64,000 nucleotides of DNA, taken from an uncultured Thermoleophilia bacterium (GTDB lineage: Bacteria; Actinomycetota; Thermoleophilia; UBA2241). The notes beneath the pieces are model-generated. The model was not told the DNA's origin. It saw only the letters and a list, made by a program, of their open reading frames with translations, and searched no databases. Each line of letters opens with the position of its first letter. Within the stretch, counting starts at the first letter, position 1. Of this stretch, positions 10,050 through 19,322 are shown in pieces. Both the position numbers and the translations under genes were made by a program. Location of the stretch: assembly GCA_963702475.1 (NCBI GenBank), contig CAVPCT010000005.1, positions 64,001 through 128,000 of the forward strand, read 5' to 3'.

Positions 10050-10904
10050 TCACACGCCCTCGCCGCCCTGCGGACCGGCCGCCGTGCGGCCGGCGCCTCC
10101 GGGGGCCAGCGGTGCGAGACCGTCCGGGGCGGCAGGCTGGCTGTCGCCGGCCGGCGCGACCTCGCCGTTGGCGCCGTCGTCTTCTTTGCGTGAGCGCCGC
10201 CCGCGCAGCCGCGCCCGCCGCTGCGTGCGGCGCACCCGTGCCTGCAGCTCGTGCAGCGCCTCGGCCGCGGCCTCCTGCTCGGCGCGCTTCTTGCTGCTGC
10301 CGAAGCCGTGCCCCAGCGCCTCTCCGTCGACGCAGGCCTGGATCTCGAACTCGCGGTCGTGCGGCGGGCCGCTGAATCCCAGCACCTTGTAGGTCACCGA
10401 GCGGGCGCTGCGCGCCAGGTACTCCTGCAGCTCGGTCTTGTGGTCGATGTAGCTGTTCTCGGCGAACTCGATATGTTCGTCGAACACCTCGATGACCGCC
10501 GGACGCACGGCCTCGTACCCAAAGGTGACGTACACGGCGCCGATGAGCGCCTCCGTGAGGTCGGCCAGCACGTTCTGGTTGTGCTGCAGCTGCGCGAGGT
10601 CGCCACCCTCGCCGCCGCCGGCCTGCTCCCTGAGCATCCTGCTCAGGCCCAGCTTGGCGGCCACACGGGCGCAGGTGGCGCGGCTGACGATATACGCCCG
10701 CAGCCGCGCCAGGTGACCCTCCGCGAAGTCCGGGAACCGCCGGTAGAGCTCGGTGGTGATGCACAGGCTGAGGACGCTGTCGCCGAGGAACTCCAGGCGT
10801 TCGTACGAGTCCACGCGCTCCGCCGCCCACGAGGTGTGGGTGAACACCTGCCGCACGGTGGCGCGGTCGAGTTGTTCCGCAAGGGAGAGGAGCCGGTAGG
10901 TCAA
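10050..10904 (-). CDS. rnc: Ribonuclease III
   Basis: YERLEFLGDSVL signature, dsRBD DHKTELQE...GPPHDREF...GSSKKRAEQEAA; low-complexity C-terminal tail. Confidence 0.96.
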   Translation of the reverse strand: MTYRLLSLAEQLDRATVRQVFTHTSWAAERVDSYERLEFLGDSVLSLCITTELYRRFPDFAEGHLARLRAYIVSRATCARVAAKLGLSRMLREQAGGGEGGDLAQLQHNQNVLADLTEALIGAVYVTFGYEAVRPAVIEVFDEHIEFAENSYIDHKTELQEYLARSARSVTYKVLGFSGPPHDREFEIQACVDGEALGHGFGSSKKRAEQEAAAEALHELQARVRRTQRRARLRGRRSRKEDDGANGEVAPAGDSQPAAPDGLAPLAPGGAGRTAAGPQGGEGV

Positions 10905-10920
10905 ACAAGCCTCACACGCC

Positions 10921-10962
10921 GTCGAGGGGACGCCCCCCGCTGGCGGGAAGCACCCCCTCGGC
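10921..10962 (-). promoter_or_regulatory. Long RNA hairpin in the acpP-rnc intergenic region (rnc leader)
   Basis: mRNA strand GCCGAGGGGGUGCUUCCCGC-CA-GCGGGGGGCGUCCCCUCGAC gives ~18 contiguous pairs including 4 G-U pairs. Confidence 0.6.
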
Positions 10963-10989
10963 GATCACGATCTCATGGAGCGGGCGGTG

Positions 10990-11235
10990 TTAGGCGTCGA
11001 CTCTCGTCATGACGAAGTCGACGGCGTCGCCGACGGTCTTGATCTCGGCGGCTTCTTCGTCGCTGATCTTGATGCCGAACTTCTCTTCCATGGTCATCAC
11101 GAGCTCGACGAGGTCGAGGGAGTCGGTCTCGAGGTCCTCCTGGAAACGCGCGTCCATGGTGACCTTGTCTTCGTCGACACTGAGGGTCTCCACGAGGATC
11201 CCCTTCACGTGCTCGAACACCTCTTCGCGGGTCAT
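10990..11235 (-). CDS. acpP: Acyl carrier protein
   Basis: DLETDSLDLVELVM phosphopantetheine site. Confidence 0.96.
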   Translation of the reverse strand: MTREEVFEHVKGILVETLSVDEDKVTMDARFQEDLETDSLDLVELVMTMEEKFGIKISDEEAAEIKTVGDAVDFVMTRVDA

Positions 11236-11265
11236 CCCGTAACCTCCGGTGGAGTTTGGCAGATA

Positions 11266-12333
11266 CTACACGTTCGCCCGCGCCGTCCCAAGCTCGCGAG
11301 CGATCGCCGGAAGGAGATCGCTGACCACGGCGCGACGGCCCATGCGCGCGGCCTGGGCGATGCCCCGGGCGGTAGAGCTGCCGTGCGCGATGACGACCGG
11401 GGCGCTCACCCCGACGAGCACGGCGCCGCCGAACTCGTTCGGGTCGAGGGCGTCTTTGAGGACCATGAGGTGCTTGCGCAGCAGCAGACCTCCCAGCTTG
11501 GTCGCCGCATTGATGTCGACGGTCTGGCGGATGGCGCTGAGGATACCCTTGGCCGAGCCTTCGATGGTCTTGAGCGCGACGTTGCCCGTGAAGCCGTCGG
11601 TGACCACGACGTCGACCACGCGGTTCATGATGTCCCGCCCCTCGACGTTGCCGTAGAAGTGCACGTGCGGGTCGGCGGCGATGAGTCCGTGCGCCTCGAT
11701 CACGTCGGGCGTACCCTTGGTGGGCTCCTCGCCGATGGAGAGCAGGCCGACGGTGGGGTCGGCGATACCCATGACCTCGCGCGCGAACAGGGAGCCCATC
11801 ACGGCGAACTGGTGCAGATGGTCGGGCTTGTACTCTGCGTTCGCGCCCACGTCGAGGAAGGCGATGGGGCGCGGCATGCACGGCATGATGGTGCAGATGG
11901 CCGGCCTCTGCACGCCGCGGATGCGGCGCACGTAGAGCAGGGCGCCGGCCGTGACGGCGCCGGTGTTGCCGGCGCTCACGAAGGCGTCGGCCTCGCCGGC
12001 GTGCACCAGCTTGAGACCGACGACGATGCTCGACTCCGTACGGTTGCGCGCCGCCCAGGCCGGCTCCTCGTCGTAGCCGATGACGTCGCCGGCGTGCACG
12101 ATGGAGACGTTCTCCGTGCCGGCGGGGACGAGCGGCCGCACCACGGCCTCGTCCCCTACGAACACCACGTGGAGCTCCGGCCCGGCGGCCTGCAGGGCGC
12201 CGCGCACGACGTCGTCCGGCGCTCTGTCGCCGCCCATGGCGTCGACCACCACGCGCGCGACCCGGCCGCCGGACGACGCCGTCCAGGCGGCCGTGACCTC
12301 GTGGGGCGAGACGTAGATGGGCGTCGGCGTCAT
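11266..12333 (-). CDS. plsX: Phosphate acyltransferase PlsX
   Basis: VDAMGGDRAP, VSAGNTGA, LDVGAN, VTDGFTGNVALK, AHGSS. Confidence 0.96.
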   Translation of the reverse strand: MTPTPIYVSPHEVTAAWTASSGGRVARVVVDAMGGDRAPDDVVRGALQAAGPELHVVFVGDEAVVRPLVPAGTENVSIVHAGDVIGYDEEPAWAARNRTESSIVVGLKLVHAGEADAFVSAGNTGAVTAGALLYVRRIRGVQRPAICTIMPCMPRPIAFLDVGANAEYKPDHLHQFAVMGSLFAREVMGIADPTVGLLSIGEEPTKGTPDVIEAHGLIAADPHVHFYGNVEGRDIMNRVVDVVVTDGFTGNVALKTIEGSAKGILSAIRQTVDINAATKLGGLLLRKHLMVLKDALDPNEFGGAVLVGVSAPVVIAHGSSTARGIAQAARMGRRAVVSDLLPAIARELGTARANV

Positions 12334-13391
12334 GCCTGGAGGTCGGCGACCAGCCGGTCCAGGTCGACGGCCTGCTCGATGAGGCCGGCGATGAGCTCGA
12401 TCTTGCCGCGGTCCTTGACGCGCAGTCGCCCGAACAGGCGGCGCAGGTCGTCGGCCGCAGTGACGGTGTCGGTCTCGACCGAGACGAGCGGCACGCCGCG
12501 CTCCTCGGCACGCTCGAGCACGGCGGGGCTGGGCACGTAGTTGCCGGTGAGCACGACGGCCACGGTGGGCGTGTCGAGCGCCGTGAGGATGATCTCGGCG
12601 CGATCGCCGCCCACGATCACGACCTTGTCCGGCGTGAGCTGGAAGTAGCGGAGAGCGTGGTCGGGGCTCATGGCGCCGATCATGTAGGTCTCGACGAGGC
12701 GGTCGCCGTACTGGGCGCCGCACACGTAGGTGCCGCTCAGGGCCTCGACGATCTCCGCCACGGAGACGGCTGAGAGCCGGCTGTTGGACGTGATCGCTCC
12801 GTAGCTCGTGATGTCGTTCGTCTCCAGGAAGCGCACGTACTGATCGGTGACGAGCGCCAGGCGCGACTGGGGCACCATGTTGAACAGCACGCCGAGGAGG
12901 CGCTGCTTGAGGGCGTCCTTGACGTAGATGATGTCGTCCAGCAGACGGGCGCCAGCGAACTTGGCGACCAGCAGCGTGCGCAGGTCGAGCTGACTGACCA
13001 CCTCGGCGCCGCTGGTGCGTAGAAAGCGGCCCTGCCAGATCTCGCCGAGGCCCTCACAGATCAGGAGGTCCTTGCCCTCGCTCAAGCGAGCGTAGGCGTC
13101 GGCGACGCGGCGCATGGCGTCGACCTCGGACCCGTTGAGGACGTCGTGCAGGGCGTCCTCGTCGAGCACGACGGGGCACACGTCGGTGAGGGCGTCATCC
13201 AGGCCGAGCAGCTCGGCGACGAAGGCGGCGTCCTCGTCGAGCAGCACGCCGCTCGCCGACGACGCGAGCGTGCCGACGGGCTTGAAGTAGCCGGCCTTCA
13301 GACCCCGGCGCCGCAGCGCGAGACACAGGCCGACGGCGATGGTGGTCTTGCCGCCGCTGCCTTGGGTGGAGGCGATGTAGAGCGACTTCAC
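12330..13391 (-). CDS. Phosphotransacetylase-family protein (BioD-like N-terminus + DRTGG domain, no Pta catalytic domain)
   Basis: STQGSGGKTT, GYFKPVG, IGAMS, VGGDRAEI, VLTG. Confidence 0.85.
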   Translation of the reverse strand: MKSLYIASTQGSGGKTTIAVGLCLALRRRGLKAGYFKPVGTLASSASGVLLDEDAAFVAELLGLDDALTDVCPVVLDEDALHDVLNGSEVDAMRRVADAYARLSEGKDLLICEGLGEIWQGRFLRTSGAEVVSQLDLRTLLVAKFAGARLLDDIIYVKDALKQRLLGVLFNMVPQSRLALVTDQYVRFLETNDITSYGAITSNSRLSAVSVAEIVEALSGTYVCGAQYGDRLVETYMIGAMSPDHALRYFQLTPDKVVIVGGDRAEIILTALDTPTVAVVLTGNYVPSPAVLERAEERGVPLVSVETDTVTAADDLRRLFGRLRVKDRGKIELIAGLIEQAVDLDRLVADLQA

Positions 13392-13416
13392 CGCTGAAGC
13401 CCCCTCAGAGGTCAGT

Positions 13417-13582
13417 CCGTCCGCCGCGGGGCCCTTCGGGCCGCCGGCCGCTCACTACCACTACGGGAATCGACGTTGCCCACGGGCATCAGTGTCAGTG
13501 CCCCTGCGGCGCACCCGACGTTGATCCCCCTGCGGCGATCAACCCGTCCACCACGGGGCCCTTCGGGCCGGCGGCCGCTCAC
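13417..13582. repeat. Two imperfect 39-bp direct repeats with internal hairpins (REP-like)
   Basis: 13417-13455 CCGTCCGCCGCGGGGCCCTTCGGGCCGCCGGCCGCTCAC and 13544-13582 CCGTCCACCACGGGGCCCTTCGGGCCGGCGGCCGCTCAC. Confidence 0.75.
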
Positions 13583-13615
13583 CAGCGCTCCGGGCACTTC
13601 GTGGCCCTACTGGCA

Positions 13616-13798
13616 TTAGTCGGCGTCGAGGACGATGACCTCGCGGCCCTTGTAGGTGCCGCACTTGGGACAGGCACGGTGCGGGAGCTTGGGGCTCTTG
13701 CACTGCGGGCACACGCTGGCCACGTCGACGCTGAGCTTCTGCTGCGACCGGCGCTGGTCGCGACGCCGCTGGGAGGTCTTCTTCTTCGGTACGGGCAT
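13616..13798 (-). CDS. rpmF: 50S ribosomal protein L32 (Zn-ribbon type)
   Basis: MPVPKKKTS...CPQC...[14 protein letters not shown]. Confidence 0.97.
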   Translation of the reverse strand: MPVPKKKTSQRRRDQRRSQQKLSVDVASVCPQCKSPKLPHRACPKCGTYKGREVIVLDAD

Positions 13799-13868
13799 GA
13801 GTGTTCTCCTCGGTTCAACCAGACGCGGCAGTCTACCACAAGCCTCCCCGCCGCGCCTCCTCAAGTGG

Positions 13869-14348
13869 TCAGGGCTCGGTGTGCCGGTGGTCCGGTTCCG
13901 CGTTGAGGTCGGCGCCGCACACAGGGCACAGTCCGCGGCAGTCCTCGCGGCACAGGAGCTTGGCCGGAAGAGCCTCGGCGATGAGGTCCCGCGCCCAGCG
14001 CTCCACGTCGAGCACGAAGCCGCGCGCGTAGCCTTCGTCCTCGTCCGGGTCTTCCTCGTCGCCGCCCTCGGAGTCGCCGTGGCGCACGTAGTCGACTCCC
14101 TGGGCCTCGACACGCACATCGGCGTCGGCGAGGCAGCGCTGGCACGGTCCCACGACGTCGGTCTCGAACTCGGCCGTGAGCGTGAGATTGCCGCCCACGC
14201 GGGTGGCGGTCAGCTCCATGTCGACCAGATCGCCGGGCACCGCGTAATCGAGCCCACCGAAGACGAACGGGTCGACGTCCACGGGCAACCGCTGCCAGAG
14301 CTCGCTGGCATCATGGAACCTGAGGGACCGCAGGTCGAAACGCCGCAT
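13869..14348 (-). CDS. YceD/DUF177 family protein
   Basis: PCQRCL and [18 protein letters not shown] motifs; directly upstream of rpmF. Confidence 0.92.
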   Translation of the reverse strand: MRRFDLRSLRFHDASELWQRLPVDVDPFVFGGLDYAVPGDLVDMELTATRVGGNLTLTAEFETDVVGPCQRCLADADVRVEAQGVDYVRHGDSEGGDEEDPDEDEGYARGFVLDVERWARDLIAEALPAKLLCREDCRGLCPVCGADLNAEPDHRHTEP

Positions 14349-14394
14349 GACCTGGAGAAAGCCGCTCGGAACGGGCGTCGAGACGTGGGCGGGC

Positions 14395-14859
14395 TTACGG
14401 CTGCAGGTCGTCGGCCCCGCGCCCCTGCAGGCGTTCGCGGCCGCGCCGCACCGCCGCGATGAACTTGTCCAGGTTGATCTCGAGGTTGCCGAGCACCTCG
14501 TCGGCGTAGTCCTCCGCGCCCAGGCGTATCTCGCGCTCGCGCTCGCGGGCGTCTTCCATGATCTGCTGCGCGTTGCGCTCGGCGAGACGCGCGACCTCCT
14601 GCTCGGAGGCCATGCGGTCGGCGCGCTCCTGGGCCTCGGCCAGCACACGCTCGGCCTCCTGCTTGGCCTCGGTGAGCATCTCCTGGCGTTCCTTGACGAT
14701 CCAGCGCGCCTGCTTGATCTCCTCAGGGATCGTGGAGCGCATCTGGTCGAGGATGTCGTAGATCTCCTCGCGGTCGATCATGACGCTGTCGGTGAGCGGC
14801 ACCGACCGTGCGTTGTGGATGATGTCGTCGAGCTTGTCGATGAGCACGAGCACGTCCAT
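14395..14859 (-). CDS. Coiled-coil protein, SepIVA/DivIVA-like (ATP synthase b-like repeat)
   Basis: ARSVPLT...IPEEIKQARWIVKER...GAEDYADEVL; conserved coaD-X-yceD position. Confidence 0.75.
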   Translation of the reverse strand: MDVLVLIDKLDDIIHNARSVPLTDSVMIDREEIYDILDQMRSTIPEEIKQARWIVKERQEMLTEAKQEAERVLAEAQERADRMASEQEVARLAERNAQQIMEDAREREREIRLGAEDYADEVLGNLEINLDKFIAAVRRGRERLQGRGADDLQP

Positions 14860-14883
14860 AGTCCTGCAACCCCCTCCCAGCTC

Positions 14884-15387
14884 TTACTGCTGGTCGCGTC
14901 GCGGAAAGACTTCTGCGAGGCGTCGAGCGACGGCCGGCGGGACCAGGTCGTCCACCGACCCCCCGAACGCCGCGATCTCCCTGACCCCACTCGAGCTCAG
15001 GAAGCTGTGCTCGGGCGACGCCATCATGAACACTGTTTCGATGTCGGGCGCCAACTTCCTATTGAGCTGGGCCATGGCGAACTCGTACTCGAAGTCGGAG
15101 ATGGCGCGCAGCCCCTTGAGGATCACGTGGGCGTCCCAGCGCTGCGCGAACTCCACGACGAGCTCGTTGAAGCGGTCGACGATGATGTTGTCGTGGCCGG
15201 CGAGCGCCTCGCGCAGGAACGCCTCGCGCTCGTCGGGGCCGAACAGGGGCGCCTTGCGCTGCGGGACCTCGATGAGACCGACGACCACGCGGCCGAACTT
15301 CGCGGCGCCGCGTCTGATGATGTCGAGGTGTCCCACGGTGACCGGATCGAACGTACCGGGGCAGATGGCGGTGACGTTACGCGGCAC
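14884..15387 (-). CDS. coaD: Phosphopantetheine adenylyltransferase
   Basis: PGTFDPVTVGHLD, KGLRAISDFEYE, LSSSGVRE. Confidence 0.97.
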   Translation of the reverse strand: MPRNVTAICPGTFDPVTVGHLDIIRRGAAKFGRVVVGLIEVPQRKAPLFGPDEREAFLREALAGHDNIIVDRFNELVVEFAQRWDAHVILKGLRAISDFEYEFAMAQLNRKLAPDIETVFMMASPEHSFLSSSGVREIAAFGGSVDDLVPPAVARRLAEVFPRRDQQ

Positions 15388-15404
15388 GGGTGCCCCCCGG
15401 CAGG

Positions 15405-16079
15405 TCAGTCACTCGCGGCCTCACGCTCGTTCGCAACTCCGTCACCGTCCTCGCCGGGCGCCAAGATGGTCACCCGCGTGTCGCCGTACCGCTTCTCCCT
15501 CAGCACCCGCCAGGGCAGTGCGGCGCTCGTGCCGGCGGCAGTCTCGACCACCAGGAGCGCCCCCGCGGAAAGCACCGGCGGCAGCAGCCTCACGAGCTGC
15601 GGCCGCACACCGTCGTACGTCGCATACGGCGGGTCCACGAGCACGAGAGTATATCGCGCGCCGCGCCTGGCGTCAGCTTGCAGGGCGCGGCGCGCGTCCC
15701 CCGTGACCAGCCGCACGCGGGGCGACCGCGCCGGATCCAGGTCCACTCTCTCGAGATTACGGCGCACCGCCTGCACGGCGGCGCGGTCGTTCTCGACGAA
15801 GGTGCACGAAGCGGCGCCCCGCGACAGCGCCTCGATGCCCAGGGCGCCGCTGCCGGCGAACAGGTCGAGGACGGCGTGGCCGGCGAGCGGGCCGACGGCG
15901 GCCTCCGGCGGGGAGGCGGGCCCGCGCCCGGCGACCGGCGAGGCCGCGGCAAGCGGCGCGGCGATGGCGCCGAGCATACCGAAGACGGCCTCCCGGACCT
16001 TGTCGGAGGTCGGCCGAGTCGCACGGCCGGCCGGGGCCGCGAGCGGCCGGCCCCTCCACTCCCCACCGACGACCCTCAC
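15405..16079 (-). CDS. rsmD: 16S rRNA (G966-N2) methyltransferase RsmD family
   Basis: VRVVGGEWRGR, TRPTSDKVREA, LDLFAGSGALGIEALSRGA, DPPY, YGDT. Confidence 0.93.
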   Translation of the reverse strand: MRVVGGEWRGRPLAAPAGRATRPTSDKVREAVFGMLGAIAAPLAAASPVAGRGPASPPEAAVGPLAGHAVLDLFAGSGALGIEALSRGAASCTFVENDRAAVQAVRRNLERVDLDPARSPRVRLVTGDARRALQADARRGARYTLVLVDPPYATYDGVRPQLVRLLPPVLSAGALLVVETAAGTSAALPWRVLREKRYGDTRVTILAPGEDGDGVANEREAASD

Positions 16080-17377
16080 GCGCCGGCGTCGTCGCGGCCG
16101 AGCACCACACGGCGCACCGGCGGCGGGACGGGGCCGACGGTGAAGGCACCCTCGAGCACGCGTGAAGCGGCGGTCCGCCGCGCCGCGTCCCGGGAGAACA
16201 CCGCGGCCAGAGGCTCGCCGGCCTCCACGGGGTCGCCCACGACCTTCTGGAGAAGGACACCCGCGGCGGGGTCGACGGAGTCGTCCACCCGCTGACGGCC
16301 GGCGCCGGCGAACTGCGCCGCCCGGCCCACGGCCAGGGCGTCGATGGCCGTGAGATAGCCGCATGCCGGTGCCGCGACCTCGTGGGCGGCAAGGCGGTGG
16401 AACGCGCCGGGCTCCCAGCGCCCGCCCTGTACGAAACACCAGCGCTCGAAGTGCTCGGCGGCGCGGCCGTCGGCGAGCGCCGCCTCGGCCCGGCGCCGCC
16501 CCTCGGCTTCGTCGACCCCGAGGTCGGACAGGGCGAGCAGAGCCCCGGCGATCGTCAGCACCACCTCACGCACGTCGTCCGCACCCTCACCGTTCAGCAC
16601 CTGCCAGGCCTCCTCGACCTCGAGGCGGTTGCCCACGGTGCGCCCCAGCGGGGAGTCCATGTCGGTGAAGACGCAGGTCGTCGGACGCTCGTAGGCGTCG
16701 CCGACGAGGCGGCAGAGGCGGGCGAGCTCGCGCGCGTGCTCGAGGTCGCGGATGAAGGCGCCCCTGCCCACCTTGATGTCGAGCACGAGCGCAGCGGTCC
16801 CGCTGGCCACTTTCTTGCTCATGATGCTGGCGGCGATGAGCCCGTCGCAGTCGACGGTCGCCGTCACATCGCGCAGCGCGTACAGGATGCGGTCGGCGGG
16901 CACGACGCGCTCGCTCTGGCTGCACACGGCGACGCCGATGCGCTCGAGCTGACGGACGAACTCGCCCTGTGGGAGCTGCACGCGGAAGCCGGGGATGGAC
17001 TCCAGCTTGTCCAGCGTCCCGCCGGTGTGCCCGAGGCCGCGCCCCGACATCTTGCCGAAAACGGCGCCGCAGCTGGCGACGAGCGGCGCCAGCACCAGCG
17101 TGACCTTGTCGCCGACCCCGCCGCTGGAGTGCTTGTCGAGCACCGGGCGACGCACCACTCGAAGATCCAGGAGCTTGCCGCTCTCCACCATGGCGCGGGC
17201 GAGCTCGACGGTCTCCTCGTCGTCGAGACCCCGCAGGGTGATGGCCATGAGCAGGGCACCCGCCTGGTAGGGCGGGACCGCGCCGCTCACCACGCCGTCG
17301 ACGAACGCCTTGAGTCGCTCGGCGTCGAGGCGCCTGCCGTCGCGCTTCCAGGCGATCACGTCGTTGACGAAGTCCAC
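16076..17377 (-). CDS. pdp: Pyrimidine-nucleoside/thymidine phosphorylase
   Basis: DKHSSGGVGDK, SGRGLGHTGGTLDKLESIPG, LYALRDVTATV; GGAGG RBS before GTG at 17377. Confidence 0.93.
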   Translation of the reverse strand: MDFVNDVIAWKRDGRRLDAERLKAFVDGVVSGAVPPYQAGALLMAITLRGLDDEETVELARAMVESGKLLDLRVVRRPVLDKHSSGGVGDKVTLVLAPLVASCGAVFGKMSGRGLGHTGGTLDKLESIPGFRVQLPQGEFVRQLERIGVAVCSQSERVVPADRILYALRDVTATVDCDGLIAASIMSKKVASGTAALVLDIKVGRGAFIRDLEHARELARLCRLVGDAYERPTTCVFTDMDSPLGRTVGNRLEVEEAWQVLNGEGADDVREVVLTIAGALLALSDLGVDEAEGRRRAEAALADGRAAEHFERWCFVQGGRWEPGAFHRLAAHEVAAPACGYLTAIDALAVGRAAQFAGAGRQRVDDSVDPAAGVLLQKVVGDPVEAGEPLAAVFSRDAARRTAASRVLEGAFTVGPVPPPVRRVVLGRDDAGA

Positions 17378-17394
17378 GCAGCCGTCCTCCCGGG

Positions 17395-18180
17395 TCACGC
17401 TGAGACGAGGCCGGGCCAGCGCGCCGCCACGGCGGCACCGAGCCCGGCGGAGAGGTTGCGCGCGGCGCGTGCGCCGCGCGCCAGGACCTCCTCGTGTGAG
17501 CCTACCTCGGCGGCCCTGTTGGCGACCACCGCGAGGAGCAGGCACTCGGCGCCGGCGCTCGCGGCAGCGCGCACCTCCGGAGCCGCCGACATGCCGACCA
17601 CGTCGCCCTGGCCGGCCAGCCACTCGACCTCCGCTCTGGTCTCGAACTGCGGCCCCGAAACGGCGCAGTACACGCCGGTGCGGGCCGCAGCGCCCAGGGC
17701 GGCGAGCGTCTTGGCGACCGCCGCCGCTCCGGCCCCTCCGCACACGACGAGCCGCTGCGCGCGGACGCCGGAGGGCGGGGCCTGGAGATCGGCCACCGTG
17801 TGGCACACGACCACGTCGCCGGGCTCCACCTCCGGGTGCAGCGACCCCGTCGAGTTCGTCAGCACGACCCGCGTGACGGCGGCGGCCGCGAGTCCGCGGA
17901 CCGGCCGCCACAGCTCCTCCACGGACCAGCCCTCGTAGACGTGTGGGCGGCCGCAGGCCAGGGCCAGGCGCAGCCTGGCCTCACCTGCGGCCACACCGGT
18001 CACCAGCCGGAGCACGTTGGCGTGACCGGGGACGGCCGTGCACGGCCAGCCGAGCTCGGCGTAGCCAAGTTCGTCCTCGAGCACCGCCCCAGCGGGCAGG
18101 GCCTCGAGGCCCGAACCGAAGACCACGGCGGCCTGCGCGCCGAACGCGGCGAGCCGCCGGTTCGCGGCGGAGGCCGCCAT
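17395..18180 (-). CDS. punA: Purine-nucleoside phosphorylase (PNP/MTAP family), divergent
   Basis: VFGSGL, VPGH, GRPHVYEG, GPQFETRAE, VVGMS, HEEVL. Confidence 0.8.
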   Translation of the reverse strand: MAASAANRRLAAFGAQAAVVFGSGLEALPAGAVLEDELGYAELGWPCTAVPGHANVLRLVTGVAAGEARLRLALACGRPHVYEGWSVEELWRPVRGLAAAAVTRVVLTNSTGSLHPEVEPGDVVVCHTVADLQAPPSGVRAQRLVVCGGAGAAAVAKTLAALGAAARTGVYCAVSGPQFETRAEVEWLAGQGDVVGMSAAPEVRAAASAGAECLLLAVVANRAAEVGSHEEVLARGARAARNLSAGLGAAVAARWPGLVSA

Positions 18181-19322
18181 CACGCCATGGACCTGCCGGG
18201 CAGCGGGGGCTCCTCCCGGGTGAGCAGCGCGAACGCCGTGGCGCCGACGTCCTCCTGAGCGCCGTCCCATCGCCCGGGGCGCAGGCCGGTGGCCATCAGC
18301 GGCGAGTACTCCCGCGAGTGGTCGGTGCTCTCGGTGGTCGGATCGACCCCGTGGTCGGCGCACAGGATCATGGCGTCGCCGGGCCGCAGCAGCGTCAGCC
18401 ACTCCCCGACCGCGCGATCGACGGCCGCCAGCCCCTCCGCGAAGCCGGCTACGTCGTTGCGGTGGCCCCACACCTGGTCGAAGTCGACCAGGTTGGCGAA
18501 CAGCAGGCCCTCGTCCATCTCCGTGAGGTGTCGCGTGCAGGCGGCGATGCCGTCGGTGTTGTTGGTGGTGTGGTCGTCCACGTCGACGCCGCGTTGCACG
18601 AAGATCTCGCCGATCTTGCCGACACCGACCACGGCGACGCCGCGCTCGTGCAACAGGTCGAGGTACGTCGGACCCGGCGGCTCCAGCGAGAAATCACGCC
18701 GCCGCGGCGTGCGCGCGTAGTCTCCGGACGCGCCGGCGAACGGCCGCGCGATCACCCTGCCGACGGCATGGGACCCCTGCAGGATGGCGCGCGCCGTCTC
18801 GCACCACTCGTACAGTCGCCGGACCGGCACGACGTCTTCGTGGCAGGCGAGCTGGAAGACCGAGTCGGCCGACGTGTACACGATGGGCCTGCCGGTAGCC
18901 ACGTGCTCGTCGCCGAGCTCGTCGATGACGGCCGTGCCCGAAGCCGGGAGGTTGCACAGCGTGCCCCGGCCGATGGCCCGCTCGAACGGCTCCATCACCT
19001 CCGGGGGAAAGCCGTGCGGGTAGGTCGGGAACGGCCGCTCGAGCACGACGCCCATCATCTCCCAGTGGCCGGTGGTGGTGTCCTTGCCGGCGCCGTGCTC
19101 CAGGAGGCGACCGTACGTCGCCGAGGGCCACGGCGCACCCAGCGGCAGGCCGGTGACCTCGGAGAGGCCGAGGCCCACCAGGTTCGGCAGATCGACCCCG
19201 GAGCGCTCGAGGACGTGCCGCAGCGTGTCCGAGCCCTCGTCGCCGTACGCCGCCGCATCCGGAAGCTCGCCGGCGCCGACGCCGTCCAGCACGCACACGA
19301 ACACGCGAGTCATACTCGTCAC
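18180..19322 (-). CDS. deoB: Phosphopentomutase
   Basis: VLDGVGAGELPDA, GKDTTTGHWE, VYTSADSV, GRVIARPF, WGHRND, ADHGVDPT, DHSREY. Confidence 0.97.
   Translation of the reverse strand: MTSMTRVFVCVLDGVGAGELPDAAAYGDEGSDTLRHVLERSGVDLPNLVGLGLSEVTGLPLGAPWPSATYGRLLEHGAGKDTTTGHWEMMGVVLERPFPTYPHGFPPEVMEPFERAIGRGTLCNLPASGTAVIDELGDEHVATGRPIVYTSADSVFQLACHEDVVPVRRLYEWCETARAILQGSHAVGRVIARPFAGASGDYARTPRRRDFSLEPPGPTYLDLLHERGVAVVGVGKIGEIFVQRGVDVDDHTTNNTDGIAACTRHLTEMDEGLLFANLVDFDQVWGHRNDVAGFAEGLAAVDRAVGEWLTLLRPGDAMILCADHGVDPTTESTDHSREYSPLMATGLRPGRWDGAQEDVGATAFALLTREEPPLPGRSMA

Noticed and set aside
5342-10375. Very long plus-strand ORFs (1677 aa here; also 26454-30221, 30154-34275, 57876-60773)
   Set aside because: Antisense shadows of well-conserved minus-strand genes; high GC suppresses stops and the translations have no recognisable motifs
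13417-13582. Direct repeats considered as a CRISPR array
   Set aside because: Only two copies, an 88-bp structured spacer and no cas genes
13412-13597. 61-aa minus-strand ORF across the repeat region
   Set aside because: Low-complexity Arg/Gly/Pro translation of palindromic DNA; no RBS or motif
15880-15975. Ala/Pro-rich insertion in RsmD, and similar tails in Rnc, MltG and the M24 peptidase
   Set aside because: Low-complexity extensions common in GC-rich genomes; no intein or domain signature
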